From Octopus bimaculoides (lineage: Eukaryota), in contig NC_068990.1 of the NCBI RefSeq assembly GCF_001194135.2, forward strand, positions 40,022,629 to 40,086,628: DNA of 64,000 nucleotides. Reading direction: 5' to 3'. Position numbers and translations under genes: made by a program. The notes below the pieces were generated by a model. That model was not told where the DNA came from, searched no databases, and saw nothing but the letters and a program-made list of their open reading frames with translations. Numbering within the stretch: position 1 is the first letter of the stretch; each line of letters opens with the position of its first letter. Shown piece after piece: positions 51,848 to 64,000 of this stretch.

Positions 51848-53376
51848 GGCGGCGGCGGCGGCGGCGGCGGGGGTCCTGATAGTAGTGATATCCTATTTAG
51901 GCTTTTGTTTAATATTGCATGTACGGGATGTATTTTCCCACATGCGTTTGAGTGTATAAACGTATGTGTTAATGTGTGCATGTGTCTGTCCACAGATTCC
52001 ATGTTATGTGATAATGTAGTTGTTGTTATCGCTTGCTGACCTCCAGATGTCTCTTGTAACGCAACGTACAATTAGTCAACGGCATACAACTTATGTTGTT
52101 TATTAAACAAAAATATGAAGTACATTTACATGTACATGCGCCAGACAAATGATTCCCAAATGTTATTCACCCCTCTACTCTCTTATATCCATACTATTTT
52201 GCTTCCAGATTTCCCCTTTTCCTGTAATATATTGGTTCACACATCAATAAATTAGATAATAACACAGTATGTTTCCACAGACTAACCAAACTAAACCAAA
52301 TGGCCTCTTAAACAGTTCCGCCAGAACATTCTCTTTTATTCTACCCTCGTGTCATTGAGGAAATCGTGACCTAGACTACATCCTGGGACACTACAGACCA
52401 GCAGAGAGTCATGCGTTTTCTCCATATTACACTGCAATCGCTGGACCAATGTCTTGTATCCATTTTGCATCTCGTCTACTACTGGCTGAAATTCTAACAC
52501 ACAAGTGTCTACCGACCTGCTAGAAAAGGAAAGCAAATCTCTCTCAACGCATACCTTAACACCATACAAATTTACATTTGTATCATGTCTGAGACACACT
52601 ATTTCAGACGGTAAGGCAGTAAAGTCATCGCTGCAATGAACTTTAATCATAGATCTATCTACTAAATCAACGTATATAGACATTCACAGCATCATCTTCA
52701 GAATGAAGTTTTATCGGCGTATGTTGTTACTTCTTTATAGTAAGCAGGGCTACACTGGTATTCGAACACGCCTCACCTTCCTTTCCCTTCACCTCTGTTG
52801 CATCTCATTCCTCAGAAACTCCATGAAAAAGAAGTGAATAAAATCAGCGAAGAAGCCACTACGTGGTCGCTCAACTTGCAAGAAATAACTTAACGGGGTT
52901 AAAGACAGAATTATCTCGATTGAAATGATTTGGATGTTAGAGTTTCATGATCAGAATTGGGATTAAATAATAACAATTTTTTTACCATTGCTTCCTCACC
53001 AAAACTTTATCTCTTTGTGACAGATTTATCTGGACACAACCATTTGTGTCCAATCTGTCCAATCACGAAGATAAATAAAAGCTTTAATCCTGGTAGTAAT
53101 ATCACTGATTTTACTCGTAGTTTTCGCTGTGATACTTTACTAAAAATGAGCTAGTGCCCCACGTTCCGAACTAACCGATGAATATTAAATTTATAATTCA
53201 TCCTCTTTTTATTTGACTTTTGTTTACTCTTTTGACATCTCTCTTTCGACGCCAGCATGTGTTGGATTAGTCTGTAAATTTATATCATTCACATCATTCA
53301 CTGGAGCAAACGTATCGCTAGTTCAATGTCTTTCGTCGCCATTATTCGTAAAGCTTATTTCACAACTTTGAAATAG

Positions 53377-53422
<46 letters not shown>

Positions 53423-53476
53423 NNNNNNNNNNNNNNNNNNNNNNNNNNNNNNNNNNNNNNNNNNNNNNNNNNNNNN

Positions 53477-53541
<65 letters not shown>

Positions 53542-53925
53542 AAGAGAGAGAAAGCTAAGGGTTTGAAACAATCCAGTTGTGCCATTATTGAACCACTAAC
53601 AACAGTTATGTGTGAGAACAGTGAAGTTAGATTGAACTAGAGAAGGTTATTGTTAGTGGGTGGTGAATAGTTGAGGTTGGAGGAGATGACGAATGTTATA
53701 ATAACGCCTTTGACATAGCTTGAACTCATGACCTAACCATTCAGCCAGTACATTGATAAATCACTAATCAGCAAAGATTAATTAAGTGCAGCTAAGCATT
53801 ATACAAAAAAAAATTAATAAAAAGTCCAAAAGTAAAACCTTAAAACTCTCCTAGATACATAAAATCGAGGTTTAACAATATTTCAAACAAAACAATAAAT
53901 ACAAAATATAATCTCTGGCGATTTG

Positions 53926-54031
<106 letters not shown>

Positions 54032-56766
54032 AATAATCACAACAACAACAACAATAGCAGCAACAACAACAGTGACAACAACTATGAAATAAAAAATCTT
54101 AAGATTAAACTCCGTTTCCAGTTGTTTCTATAACAAGTGAAGCATTCTAACAGTGTGTTTATATAAATCAATTTAATCCATCTTTAATCTAAACTTAAGC
54201 CTTATCCATTTAATTATAGGATTATTCTTAAATAGTAGTTTGTTGCATGTTTTTCTTTGTTTTTCTATTGTTTTTCTATTGCTAGTCCTTCTTTTCCTTT
54301 TTCTTCTTCTCTCAACTTGTATATCTTTCACATTCTATCTAGCTTCATTATTATGATATTTGATAAAGACAACAACAAAATTCCTTTTGTTAACTGCAAC
54401 AAATTTCTGAGGCTTCCATTAGATTTATTCAGAGCACCAACAAAAATATTTCCTGGTCTTAACGAATACGAATGAAGAAAGCCCTGCGGCAATAAAGCAA
54501 GCCAGAGTTAGGGGTTGACTGTTTTCGACAAAGGAATGAAAGAAATTTTCTGTAATGTAAAAATAATTTCGATTTGTTTGCTGTTTAATGCTAAAATTGA
54601 TTTATATTTTCAAAGTTAACAATGAATTAATTTATCAAGAAGCCAACACAAAGAAAGAGAAAAGGAAAAAAATATTTTCGATTAAACAAACAATTGTTTG
54701 AGATTTTAAAAATTTATTTCTAAACATAACTTTACATTCAATTTATATCTTAACCTTGTTGCAAGCCAGAGTTCATACTGTGACAACGTCCTGGAAACCA
54801 CTATTGAGATTAACAGTTCGTGTCACCATGAAACCCAGTACTAAACTGCGGTCCTGCTGGAGTCACATGTAAAAGATACAGCTTCCCTAATAGAAAATAG
54901 GAGCAGCTTTGGTGAAGGATTACAAATGTAGATTAGAATGTTATTACTTTAAAATAGAAAAGAAATTTCCATCTCAAATTGTTGAAAGTTCGATAATTTT
55001 GACAGTGCAGGGTGATGATCTATATTGATTTATTGTATACGTACTTAGAGATAGAGCTGACGAAACCTCTGCATGGTGCATTAAACTAGTGGAAATAGCA
55101 ACCAAATCTTGGTCAAATCGCACACTACTATCTAGTCCAGAAATTAAAAAAAGATACATAATGGTCATGGCTGGAAAGTATTTCTCATAGGTTAGTTTGA
55201 TCAGAGCTGACGTTAACTCAATGGATAAGCAACAAAAATAAATACTTATTTGCAGTGTTATTTTCGGAGTTAAATACCTTGGAGCAATGTCATAATGGAT
55301 GTCTAATAACGACAGGATTTAATGGGTTTTGGTGGCCAGAGTTCTGCTTTGGTATCTTTATGAAAACACTGAGCTATAAACTAAACACACCAAACATTAG
55401 TGAAGTGAACACATACATAAATACATAACGACAGACATACATGCATTCATACATATATACATATACATCTGTACATACATGTGTATGAATATATCCATTA
55501 ATATATGTATGTATGCGTGTGTGAGAGAGATGTGGGATGCTCACGAGTGCTTTGGAAACGTGTAGTCCAGTTTAACCTGCTGCAAGGCTGGGTCATCAGC
55601 CACCCACTAAACCGGTTCCAACCGGTCCCCTACCAATCTTGTCTGGTAAGAAGAATTGTTAGAAAACGTAGTAGAACACTTGTCAGAAGGATGGATGAAC
55701 CCAGCGTAGGTTCAGAGAGATTAGCAATAGCATGGGGATGTAGAAGTACCCGTGATGAACAATAGGGATTCAAGCCCACCTGGGAGAAATGGACCCTTAG
55801 TTCTTTTGAGAAATTCTCTCTAGGAGATGGAAATTATGATGTAAAAATCCTGAGGATCGTCGCGGTTAATAGTGGGTCATCGTAATGAAAACAGTACAGT
55901 TTGAAAAGTGAGTGCCGTACTGCACACGCTTCATTCATAATAATGTTCCCACAGGAACGTCTTGGAAAATACACTCTGATAAAGAAAAATTAAAAGCGGT
56001 GGGAAGAAGTGGAATATACAGGCTTGAGCAGCTAGGTGTATGTAATTTCAAACCGGCAAGCAGTTGACTTGGGATATTGGGCGCTACGTTTTTCAAACTA
56101 TGGTGATGGCGAGATTCGGCAGCACCTTACAACAGCTTTTTCCAGAGTTAGCACGCCAAGTTCTGAAGCTGACCAGCAGCCTCAAGAAGATGGTTGTCTT
56201 CTCTTTGATGGTTTCCACGGTAACAACTAAGCAATCTACAACTTACCAAGAAATGGGCGTACTCAAACACAAGTTGCTTTCCACCATGCGTGTGTATATG
56301 TGTATGTGTGTGCGTGTGCGTGTGTGTTACAAGTGCGTGCGTGTCAGGCTGACAAATGCAGTGTCGTTTTTTTTAAAATGAAGGTGAAGTATACTAATTA
56401 TGGAAGATTATTAATGTAATTGCATTAGTTTTCAAGATCCAGTTTAAATGAAGTTATAATTATTAGTTCGCTACCGTCGTTTTGCCGATGGCAAAATATC
56501 AAAATTATAAATTTAAATTGTTTATGTATTGCTAGTGCTATCATTACTATTATGTAGATTCAGTTTAAATACGAAGGGTCTTTGCAAAATAAATGTTTAA
56601 TTAGGCTTCTATATTTGGATAAATTATTGAAATATCGGTGTTATTTCACAGCAATGGCTAAATAAGTAATCTTTTAATACCATTTCATTAAAGGTGTTTA
56701 TTTAAACATAATTTATTTCATATTCTATAAGCTCAATATATGCATTCTATAATATTTTCATTTATT

Positions 56767-57365
56767 AAGGCGGCGAGCTGGCAGAAACGTTAGCACGCCG
56801 GACGAAATGCTTAGCGGTATTTCGTCTGCAGTTACATTCTGAGTTCAAATTCCGCCGAGGTCGACTTTGCCTTTAATCCTTTCAGGGTCGATAAATTAAG
56901 TACCAGTTACGCACTGGAGTCGATGTAATCGACTTAATCCCTTTGTCTGTCCTTGTTTGTCCCTTGTGGGCAATCAAGAAACGTTAGCACACCGGACGAA
57001 ATGTTTAATGGTATTTCGTCTGCCGTTACGTTCTGAGTTCAAATTCCTCCGAGGTCGACTTTGCTTTTCGCCTTTTTGGGATCAATAAATTAAGTACCAG
57101 TTACACACTGGAGTCGATGTAATCGACTTAATCCCCTTGTTTGTCCCCTCTATGTTTAGCCCCTTGTGGGCAATAAAGAAATAAGAAACATTAGCATGCT
57201 GAGCGGTATTTCGTCTGTCTTTATCTGAGTTCAAATTCCGCCGAGGTCGATCTTCCTTTTCATCCTTTCGGAGGTCGATCAATTAAGTACCAGCTGCGTA
57301 CTAGGGTCAATCTAATCGGCTGGCTCTCTCCCCCAAAATTTCGAGCCTTGTGCCTAGAGTAGAAA
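56767..57365 (+). mobile_element. Head-to-tail trimer of SINE family C
   Basis: Full head aaggcggcgagctggca then units restarting at gaaacgttagc (about 56978) and gaaacattagc (about 57186). Confidence 0.9.
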
Positions 57366-58019
57366 ATAATATTTTCATTTATTTAGATAACTTCTCCATA
57401 AAAAAAAATTTTCTAGTCAAAAGTCTGAATTTATGATGACGTGGTTGATTTTTCTTTGATCTATGAATATTCACATGATTGTTGGATCGCCCACCTCTAC
57501 TAATATCATTATTGTCTGTGTGAGAACAATACAGTCCAAAGATACATTCTGCACCTCTTCAAACTTTGTCCTTGACTCTTGTTTATCTACATAATAAAAG
57601 CAGGTTTTATAGGAAATTAAAATCTTTTTTTAAATTGAATAAATTGGTACCAGACTGTCGGAGAGAAATCCACTGGAATCATTCTCACTTTCCCAGCGTC
57701 ACAGCACTGAGTTAACCATTAAGCAAAATAAGCACGTGCTTAGGGCATTCAAAGAAGAGTTGGGGGTGGGCTCCACAGAAATGGTAAATAGTTTACGACA
57801 TAAAAGAAATCACTTTAATTTGCTAAAATGATAATTGACGTGGTTTATGCGATCGGAAATAACATTTCGAAATGTTCATGGTGTCATAGAGAAGATCTGA
57901 TCAAAGATTTTGCAATTAAAAAACGTAGGGGCGAACGTTAGAGATATAAATAAAGAGAAAGTATACGAAAATAAACATTATTTTCCACTTTGCTGTCAGT
58001 TTTGCTTCACATTGAAAAA

Positions 58020-58460
58020 GGAAAATGTGTTTTATGGTTTATTGCTTATATTTTGAATTGAGCTGTCTCATATGTAGTTATTTTCAAGATGTTCCATTTT
58101 TCTTCAAGTTCTTTGTTTCCTATATCCTCCCATTCTTCCAAAGCCGTATCCAGTTGTTCTTGAAATTCCTGTTTCACTTTGGTGTCTCTGAGTTTAGTGG
58201 TGTTTAGCTTAATTTGTGGTCAGCATTTTGTTTTCATACTTCGCTTCTTGAAGAAAAAAGCGACTTTTAATTTTATAATGTGGTGATCAGTATAGCAGTC
58301 TGCATCTCTCATGATTCTTGTATCCACGACATCGTTCTGATCTCTTGTGCGGGTAATTACGTGATCTAACAAGTGTCAATGCTTGGTGCGAGGATGCATC
58401 CAAGTGGTCTTTTGATAGACTTTGTGCTTGAAGATAGTGTCTGAATTACATGTATATGGA
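58020..58460 (-). mobile_element. RTE-clade LINE fragment (AP-endonuclease C-terminus and linker)
   Basis: FKHKVYQKTTWMHPRTKH*HLLDHVITR..DTRIMRDADCYTDHHII..EEKWNILK. Confidence 0.8.
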
Positions 58461-59014
58461 GCCACTAAAATCCTTTAAGTGTTCAGGGCCTCCACTGGCC
58501 TTTATCCGGCCCTACAGTGTCAACACCGCTAAGTTTGCTGACTTGTAGTAAACTGTCCGTATACCGAGGACCACTAATCAACTTCAGTAGCAGTGTCCAT
58601 TTCTGTGATCTAAGTTTCGGAGGAGCATTATTAGAGCACCTACTTGGATTCTGGCGATGTGAAGAGGTAAACTACTTATATTTTAGTGAATTCAAAAATT
58701 ATGTGGGTTAAAGAACAGCCTGGAATCTTTTGCTGCCAAATTTATGCTTCTCAGTGCAATCACATTTCCAGAAATTTTATTCATAATCTCATCGAGTTGA
58801 TCACACTGTTAGGAGCTTTTGAAAACATCCATTGCTCATCATCTAAGTCTGTTGCTAGATTGGTATAAACATATTAAACCAGGTTTTCTTTGGAATTCAC
58901 TGTTAGGAAGAACAGAATCACAATGGCTGCATGGAAAGATGTGTCAGTATTAACAATGTCTGGAAACCTTCTCTTGCTATATTTGAGCAACACCTTTGCA
59001 TGATAGTTTTAGCC

Positions 59015-59287
59015 CAGTGGTTCCCAAAGTGGGCGGTATTGCCCCCTGGAGGCGGTAGAAAGTTCCAAGGGGGCGTTGAAGAAAAGTGGGGCGATAATGG
59101 GGTAGCTATTCATATAACAATAACAAAATAATGATTCATTAGATTAAGTTTTATTTGTTAAATCCAGTTGCTTTAAATTTGCTTCAGAAAGAGGTCTATG
59201 TTTGTGATGGTTAGTTGGGGTGGGGGCGCTAAGAATGTGGCCTGGGTGTCAAGGGGACGGCAGCCCAAAAAAGTTTGGGAACCACTA
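59015..59287. mobile_element. hAT (Charlie-like) MITE
   Basis: TIRs CAGTGGTTCCCAAA / TTTGGGAACCACTA; 8-bp TSD ttttagcc / gtttagcc (7 of 8). Confidence 0.88.
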
Positions 59288-59394
59288 GTTTAGCCGATTA
59301 CATGCAATAAAATCATTGTTGTTGAAACAATTGAGAAGTCTTATATTTGTCTGAATATGCAAACCTTCGCATTGACTTGAAATAGAAAATCTTT

Positions 59395-59772
59395 TTGCGC
59401 AGGAGTGGCTGTGTGGTAAGTAGCTTACTTACCAACCACATGGCTCCAGGTTCAGTTCCACTGCGTGGCATCTTGGGCAAGCGTCTTCTACTATAGCATC
59501 GGGCCAACCAAAACCTTGTGAGTGGATTTGGTAGACGGAAACTGAAAGAAACCCGTCGTATATATGTGTCTGTGTTTGTCCCCCTAGTATTGCTTGACAA
59601 CCGATGCTGGTCTGCTTATGTCCCCGTCACTTAGCGGTTCGGCAAAACAGACCGATAGAATAAGTACTAGGCTTACAAAGAATAAGTCCCGGGGTCGATT
59701 TGTTCGACTAAAGGCGGTGCCCTAGCATGGCCGCAGTCAAATGACTGAAACAAGTAAAAAAGTAAAGAGAGA
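59395..59772 (+). mobile_element. SINE family A, full length, short internal microsatellite
   Basis: gcgcaggagtggctgtgtggtaagtagc..gactgaaacaagtaaaaaagtaaagag. Confidence 0.92.
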
Positions 59773-59789
59773 GTATGCATAAATTAAAG

Positions 59790-60680
59790 AAAATTGTTGA
59801 GCTTTACAGATTACTGGGAAACTTTGCCGAAATTCCTTGCCGAAGACTTGTACTTTCCCTTGAAGAAGTTACTCATTATCTGTTGCATCTTGAAGAGCGT
59901 GCGATTTAAAGATTCAAGACAGGTTAACGTAAATTTTACCAGAATGGGTAGTGCGTCCGAGCTTCACTAACATAGCTGCAAAACCTGTTGAAAATGTAGC
60001 AAATGCAATTCACCCCCCTCCCCACCACTTTTTTTAGAACATAAGACAATAGCAAATTTAGCAAGAAAGTTTTGCCTGTTCCTCCTAGAGCATCAATAAA
60101 TATCAGGCTACCTTCATTGCTGGCGTTTAAACATTGTTTTTTTACTCCAAACAATCCTCTATTCGTTATTGAGCATATTTATGTGATCATTATAATCATC
60201 TTCAACTGAACGATATATTTTATCTGAATTAACGGGCTCATTTTGTAGCTGATAGGCTGCAGCTAGCAAAACCATAATAAATGTTTGAACGCTTATATTG
60301 AATCAATTGATCATCTACTGTCCCATCTTATATAATCAAAGCTCGTCCCTGCTTCATTTTCAGTAGTTATTGTTTCTCTTTAGCACTGTATAAAATCTTC
60401 AACTAGAATGTCGTGTTGCATGTATAAATATAAATACTCAGACGGAGAGTGGACATGATGAATTGTAACGAACACATTTCTTAACTGTTCTGCAAACTGA
60501 ACAGTTGCTGTCCCACTCATGAACATTTGCCATTCTTGGTTATTTTCAAGATCATTTCTTGGCAAACATGCTTAAAACTTTCGCAGTTTACATTGCTGAT
60601 CGCATGCTAGTAATCAAAAACTTGAAACTCTGGCTTTATGATGAAGCAATCAATCGTCTCTAATAGAATGGTTCTCAAAA
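59790..60680 (-). mobile_element. Helitron Rep-helicase fragment (PIF1-type helicase start), decayed
   Basis: EPFY*RRL.LLHHKARVSSF; DLENNQEW..AEQLRNVFVTI; LIFIDALGGTGKTFLLNLLL (Walker A); LNRTLQD..GKEFRQSFPVI. Confidence 0.88.
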
Positions 60681-61325
60681 AAATTTTTGCCGTTGTCTTA
60701 ATATTGTGTTAAAGGAAAGAAACATATAAAAATATAATTTATACATAAACTTCATCGGTTCGCGTTTTAGCCACTGCCGAGTAGCGTGTTTAATTTGTTC
60801 ACTGAACACCGCCGCGAATTCCCCCTTGTTTTTCAAAAAAAAGAGAACACCTAAATCACAAAATAAGGGGCGGAGATCTAGCCTATTTTTCAAATCCTGG
60901 CAGCAACACTGTCGCTGGAAGCAGGATAATAATCTAATTCTTCACTTTATCACATTCAAGAATATAAACACGTTTTTAAGCACAATACACGCGAAATCAA
61001 TAAGAAACACTACATTTCACCAGCACACAAGAGTGGGCACTGCGTAAACGACAGTGCTGTCTCTCCCAAGGGGGAAGCTTCCTATCTTGAACATGTGAGC
61101 ATGCGCACAGCAACCAAACACTGCGTCGCTGGAACTGTGGAACGCACAGTTCTATACAAGGATTTTTGTATTTTTTTTTTTCGTAAATTAAGGGATGGCT
61201 ACTGACATTAAGTTTAAGGATTATATAATGTACAAGCATAAAGTAGGAATTATAGCAAAAAGACTCATTATATTGAATGTTAACGATAATATTAAGCGGA
61301 AATAGGAGGTGCTGCAGTTCCGCAG

Positions 61326-61397
61326 GCGAAATTTTTTTCCCACGAGAGTTTCGGACCCCAGTTATGTACTCATTTGCATACAGCCAATCAAAGCTCA
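61326..61397 (-). promoter_or_regulatory. Candidate octamer plus CCAAT module, copy 1
   Basis: ATTTGCAT at 61372-61379 and CCAAT at 61384-61388; inverted homolog at 61799-61869. Confidence 0.4.
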
Positions 61398-61798
61398 ACT
61401 ACCAAACTAATTTATGAACGCATAACAAGTGACGGGTGATAAGATAAGGTCACTTGGGTAAGGAATGACCATGCTGCTTTTCTCTGTTGATAATGCTTGT
61501 GGATCTTGTTCTTGTTTCAACCATGGCTGCCTTTGCGTAGTTATTTATGTTGTTGTTTACATTCTAAAACAGTAAGGGGAGAGGGTTGCTAGCACATCCC
61601 CCTCCACCCATATTTTTCTCATCCACATCTTTACCATATGAGACCCTAATAAAATCCGATAATAGGTATAGATGCAAATCTATCTAATTGCTTGTCTCCT
61701 TCTATCAGGCATAACTTGGCGATCGGTCGACTTACAACAGCGTTCTTCGTCTTAAGTTTACTTGGTAGAGTGTGTTTGTTAACTTGACATGGTCACGG

Positions 61799-61869
61799 TG
61801 AGATCTGATTGGTTGTATGCAAATGAGGTCATTACTGGGGTCCGGAACTATAGTAGGAAAGAAATTCGC
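61799..61869 (+). promoter_or_regulatory. Candidate octamer plus CCAAT module, copy 2
   Basis: ATTGG at 61808-61812 and ATGCAAAT at 61817-61824; about 60 of 72 positions match copy 1 by eye. Confidence 0.4.
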
Positions 61870-62319
61870 GTTCCTCCGTGCCTGTACACGAGTCGCCACT
61901 GACATTGGTTCTCTCTGTGATGCATGCTCAGTGTATAACAATACCAACTGTCCCTGAGAGGATAACTCTCATGGAGTTACTACTAATAAAATTAATATTA
62001 GAAAGCAAGATGTTTTAATTCATTGTGAGAAGAACCGATTTTTATGCTAATAACTAACAAACGTAGTGGGAAATAATCTCCGAAGTTTAAATTAAGATTA
62101 ATTAAAAATAGATGGCATTGGAAAAAGAAGAGTTGGTACGATCATGGGAGTGGGGGGAGCAGTACAAGGAGATAGGTTTGTTCCCTCCTCCGCTTGATTC
62201 CGCTTCACACCATTTCTGGTAGAACGAGCCAACGAGGAAACCGAGTGACCAAAAACCTCAGCGGTTGATTTCGGTGTTCATGTTGTGGTAGATGACTGTT
62301 GTTGATGTGGTTATTCTTT

Positions 62320-62393
62320 TGCTGCTGCCACTACTACTACTACTGCTACTACTACTACTACTACTACTACTGCTGCTACTGCTGCTGCTGCTG

Positions 62394-62437
<44 letters not shown>

Positions 62438-62523
62438 GCTACTGCTTACTACTACTACTACTACTACTACTGCTACTACTACTACTACTACTACTGCTAC
62501 TACTACTACTACTACTACTGCTG

Positions 62524-62564
<41 letters not shown>

Positions 62565-62599
62565 GCTACTGCTTACTACTACTACTACTACTACTACTG

Positions 62600-62635
<36 letters not shown>

Positions 62636-63170
62636 GCTTTACTACTTGTACTGTTACTACAATTAGCTCCACCGGCACAATCACTAACACCACCACGACC
62701 ACTACTACATCTACTTTCACCACCACTATAACAATAATCACCACCGCTACTACTACAACTATTCTTATCACCAACACCACCTCTACTATAGCAACAACCA
62801 CAACTATCATCACCTCTACTTCTACTACTAACTTCTACTGGTGCTACTGATGATGATGATGATGATGAGTAGGAAAGGGAGGATGATAATGATGGTACAC
62901 TATATAGTTGTTGCTCTCATTTTTGTCATTATGGTTGTTTTTATTCTTGTGGTTGTTGTTGTTCTGGTGGTGGTGGTGGTGGTGGTGGTGGTGGTGGTGG
63001 TGGTGGTGGTACTGGCTGCAGCGGTGGCGGCGGCGGCGGCGATAGCAGTGGTTGCGGCCATTACTGTTAAAGTTGATCTTGCCTTTTATTCAATTGTTGT
63101 TGTTACAGCTGGTGTTGTTGTTTTTGGGATTGGTGGTGGTGGTGGTGGTGGTGATGGTGATGGTGGTGGT
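62320..63170. repeat. Long compound trinucleotide tract (CTA/CTG, then GGT/GTT)
   Basis: Direct inspection; source of the poly-L/Y/T/S/V ORFs. Confidence 0.92.
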
Positions 63171-63554
63171 GGGTTTTTCATATCTCATTCTTTTTATTAT
63201 TGTTGTTTATTATTGTCATTTATCATTAAAGCCTAAATAAAAAACCAAAATCTATAGAACATGTGCAACTTTAAAGTGAATTTTCACCTGGGAAACTGGA
63301 TAGATCGATACAATGGATTGATCTGCTCCTAAATGTGTATATACACGTATACATATGTGTGTGTGCGCGCGCGTGTGTATGTGAGCTGCGCATATGTATA
63401 CTTATATATTTGTATTAATGTATGCATATATGTATAAACATACGTACGTATCTACGTATGTATGTACACACACACTCACACACACATACACATCCAATAA
63501 TAATACCATTGTGTTCGCGTTTAATCTTTTTCATAAATTTATATATGTGCGTGC

Positions 63555-63595
<41 letters not shown>

Positions 63596-64000
63596 TATAC
63601 CCTAGTCTTTTTTATGCTTAATTTGGGACAATGGCGTTTATAAATCCATTAATATTTCAATACCTACTCAGCCGCGTCCTTCTAAACGAAGTGAATGATA
63701 ATGGAACCAAATATGCCAAGAAATATTTATGGACAGTTTCTATTGCACTGCACGACCAAAGTTCCGTTCCTCTTCCTAAAAGGTAAAATTTATACCTGGC
63801 AGGATGGAGTGACCATGTTCTTAACTTCGGTTCATAAACTTAGATAAACTTAGATTTGTTTCGACCAAAGATGGGTCCAGGCTATGTCTAACTTAATAGC
63901 ACCACGTGATAGGATTATCTAAATCCTTTTTACAGTCAAGTTTTGTCTATGGTCCATTCAAGTAGTGAGTTCTTATTGAGTGAGTTGTATCCAGGTATGG

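Noticed and set aside
52336-52683. 115-aa minus-strand ORF of normal composition
   Set aside because: No recognisable motif; its 5' part overlaps a repeat also seen at 51.1 kb; no clear splice signals. A BLASTP or RNA-seq hit would reverse this.
55520-55960. GC-richer stretch with minus-strand CTGATGA, resembling a LINE 5' UTR
   Set aside because: No GAAA strand for a hammerhead, and no HDV-like pseudoknot could be drawn by eye.
58700-58990. Possible RTE RT remnant (LPCSHCDSVLP resembling LPESQCGFRP)
   Set aside because: Too decayed, and its order relative to the endonuclease fragment is wrong for a single element; not listed as a feature.
61715-61740. ggcgatcggtcgac resembles the 7SK 5' motif
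   Set aside because: The partner GATCGCC motif and the 5' GGATG are absent.
61732-61947. 71-aa minus-strand ORF
   Set aside because: Overlaps the inverted octamer module and has no recognisable homology; probably incidental.
63789-63820. tacctggcaggatggagtgaccatgttc resembles the U1 snRNA 5' end
   Set aside because: Similarity stops after about 30 nt; no loop I GATCACGAAG, no Sm site, no U1 fold.

Overview
AT-rich, repeat-dominated eukaryotic DNA. It is very likely from an octopus (inferred from the SINE families, the microsatellite load and about 18 N-gaps that mostly abut microsatellites). I cannot support any intact protein-coding gene, tRNA, rRNA or CRISPR array; nearly all listed ORFs are translations of microsatellites or gaps. 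The window is a layered transposon graveyard: several tRNA-derived SINE families, plus decayed RTE, CR1/L2-like, R4/Dong-like, Penelope-like, mariner/Tc1, hAT-MITE and Helitron fragments. The most interesting signal is a set of minimal type-I hammerhead ribozyme motifs (five motifs in three repeat families). One family is a tRNA-headed SINE that carries a Penelope-type hammerhead near its 3' end and occurs twice in inverted pairs. Also notable: a CpG-decay boundary near 25-26 kb and an inverted pair of octamer+CCAAT modules at 61.3-61.9 kb. Boundaries were read by eye and are approximate unless termini or target-site duplications (TSDs) are quoted.
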